A DNA stretch of 64,000 bases from Prorocentrum cordatum (lineage: Eukaryota). The translations under genes were made by a program, and so were the position numbers. This document shows, piece by piece, positions 62,338 through 64,000 of the stretch; the stretch's first letter is position 1; every line of letters begins with the position of its first letter. Location of the stretch: positions 2,480,001 to 2,544,000 of the forward strand of contig CAUYUJ010000001.1 in assembly GCA_963575745.1 (NCBI GenBank), written 5' to 3'. The notes beneath the pieces are model-generated. The model had not been told where the DNA came from. It saw only the letters and a list, made by a program, of their open reading frames with translations, and made no database searches.

Positions 62338-64000
62338 GACCAGGGGAACATGGCGCGGCAGCCAGAGGAGGAGCGGGAGGGGGGCAGGCATCGGTAGAAG
62401 CACGCCTCGGGGAGACGAACGCCGGAGCGGCGATGGGTGGCGCAGGCGGCACGGCGGTGACCGGGAGGGGAGAAGCGGCCGGGGAGGAAAGACCGTCTGG
62501 GGAGACAAACGCGGGACAGACAAGCTGGAGCAAAGGCTGGACAGCGGGCGAATCACGATCGGGGGAGGGGACACAATGCGCGGAGACAATTGAAGCTAGG
62601 GCGGCCTGGAGATGCTCAGAGTTCTCGCAACTGGAGAGGTGAAGAGGAGCCAAGATCTCGCGGGGCGGGCGATGTCGAGGATGTCTTTTCTGGCGGCAAC
62701 GAGCGGGCACGAGCCGACGAGATCGGAGTAGCGAAAACAGTCGACAATGATCCACCCGCGCCTCCGTCTCCCGGCCCCTCCTGGCTCCCTCCTCCTTCCC
62801 TCCCTCCTCCCTCCTCCCGCCGTGCGCCCTGCAAAGGAAGGGCGCGGGGCCCTGCCCGAGGCGGCCAGGCGCCCGCCCGTGTGAACCCGGGACGGTGTCA
62901 AGACGACGCTGTCCTGGGATTGTCCGGCGTGTGGGACTTCGGAACTTGCGTGCTGCGGGTGGCCCCCGTAGTGCCACCGGGTCCGCCACGGCCTTGGGCG
63001 GTAGGAACAGGAGGAGGAGGAGGAGGAGGAGGAGGAGGAGGACGAGGAGGAGGAGGAGGAGCTGGAGGAGGAGGAGGAGGACGAGGAGGAGGAGGAAGAG
63101 GTGGAGGAGGAGGAGGGAGGAGGAGGAGGAGGAGGGGGAGGAGGGGAAGGAGGGAGAGCAGGAGGAGGAGGAGGAGGAGGAGGAGGAGGAGGAGGAGGAG
63201 GAGCAAAAGGGCATCCAACCCCGCGCAGCTCCTCCCGTTGTCGCTCCGCCGCCGCCAGCCGCTCGGAGAGGTCCTGGCGCGGGGGCGGCCACGAGGACAC
63301 GCCCGTGCCCCAACCCGCCTCTCGCTCGGGCGCGCGCTGACATTCGGCGGCGCGCCCAGGGGGGAGGGGAAAAGGTGGCGGGTCTCCTCCTGGCCATCGC
63401 TCGGACGTCCATTCCCTGTGTTTTTTTCGGTTTCGTGCGTGGCTTCTTCGCCAAATGATCACGGATGCTCCTCGATGGTTCTCGCCGAAGGAAAAATGCA
63501 CACGTCCGAGCGATGCCGAGCCTCGGAAGGCTCAGAGGGCACCCGGGCATCCCGAGTAGCCATCTGCGCGATCTTCGAGGCACCGACGCCTGCGGAAGAG
63601 GTCTGCCCCACCTCACTGCCGCCCTCGGCGCGCCGCCGAGCCTCCCTCTCGGGCACGCGCTGACGTGCATCACGGATGCGCGGATCTGGTGTCAAGGGGC
63701 TCGGGGGGCTCGAAGTGTAAAGGAGTAAGTGGGGAGGGCGAGCGTACATTTTAGTGCTTACGCCAGAATCCTCAGCGACTCCAGGGCGAGTCGCACCCTA
63801 AGCCAAAAAGGCTGTGCACTACTGCAGAACACAAAGAGCGGGAAGAGGGAGGGAGACCAGGAACCCGGGGCCAGGGCGAGCCGGGTTACGATGACAGTGC
63901 ACCCAACTTCGGTGGGTTCTGCAGGGGGAAACCCCCCGCGGCACCCACCCTGGCCTCGCAGGACAGGTACATGGGGGCGTCCGGCCCGGCGCCCCGCGCC

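Noticed and set aside
41856..63749. Numerous 200-530 aa Pro/Arg/Gly/Glu-rich ORFs
   Set aside because: These are stop-poor frames caused by very high GC and (GGA)n/(CCT)n tracts. They overlap on both strands and lack domains apart from the relic motifs listed.
63797..63818. Third spliced-leader relic on the minus strand (TGCACAGCCTTTTTGGCTTAGG)
   Set aside because: Only 16/22 identity; plausible but not distinguishable from chance by eye.

Overview
This window is GC-rich, repeat-saturated eukaryotic DNA with no intact protein-coding gene. It is most likely from a dinoflagellate. That is an inference from relict copies of the 22-nt spliced leader, a GC-AG intron and a DIRS-type retroelement carrying a DNA-methyltransferase-like module. 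Autonomous-type element relics are four decayed non-LTR retrotransposons (two APE-RT, two RT-RNase H), one near full-length decayed tyrosine-recombinase (DIRS-like) retrotransposon ordered gag, RT/RNase H, YR, C5-DNMT-like, and the 3' end of a Pif1/Helitron-type helicase with an introner-like intron. Non-autonomous repeats include at least eight short elements with TCGGG...CCCGA-type ends and 5-bp target-site duplications, a 90-bp/77-bp tandem array, kilobase (TAG)n tracts and many (GGA)n/(CCT)n tracts. The only host-like coding piece is a J-domain fragment. Decayed catalytic motifs show a recurrent T>C/A>G bias, often creating CpG. Most long ORFs in the supplied track are artefacts of high GC and microsatellites. 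All protein calls come from motif recognition by eye, and boundaries of decayed elements are approximate.
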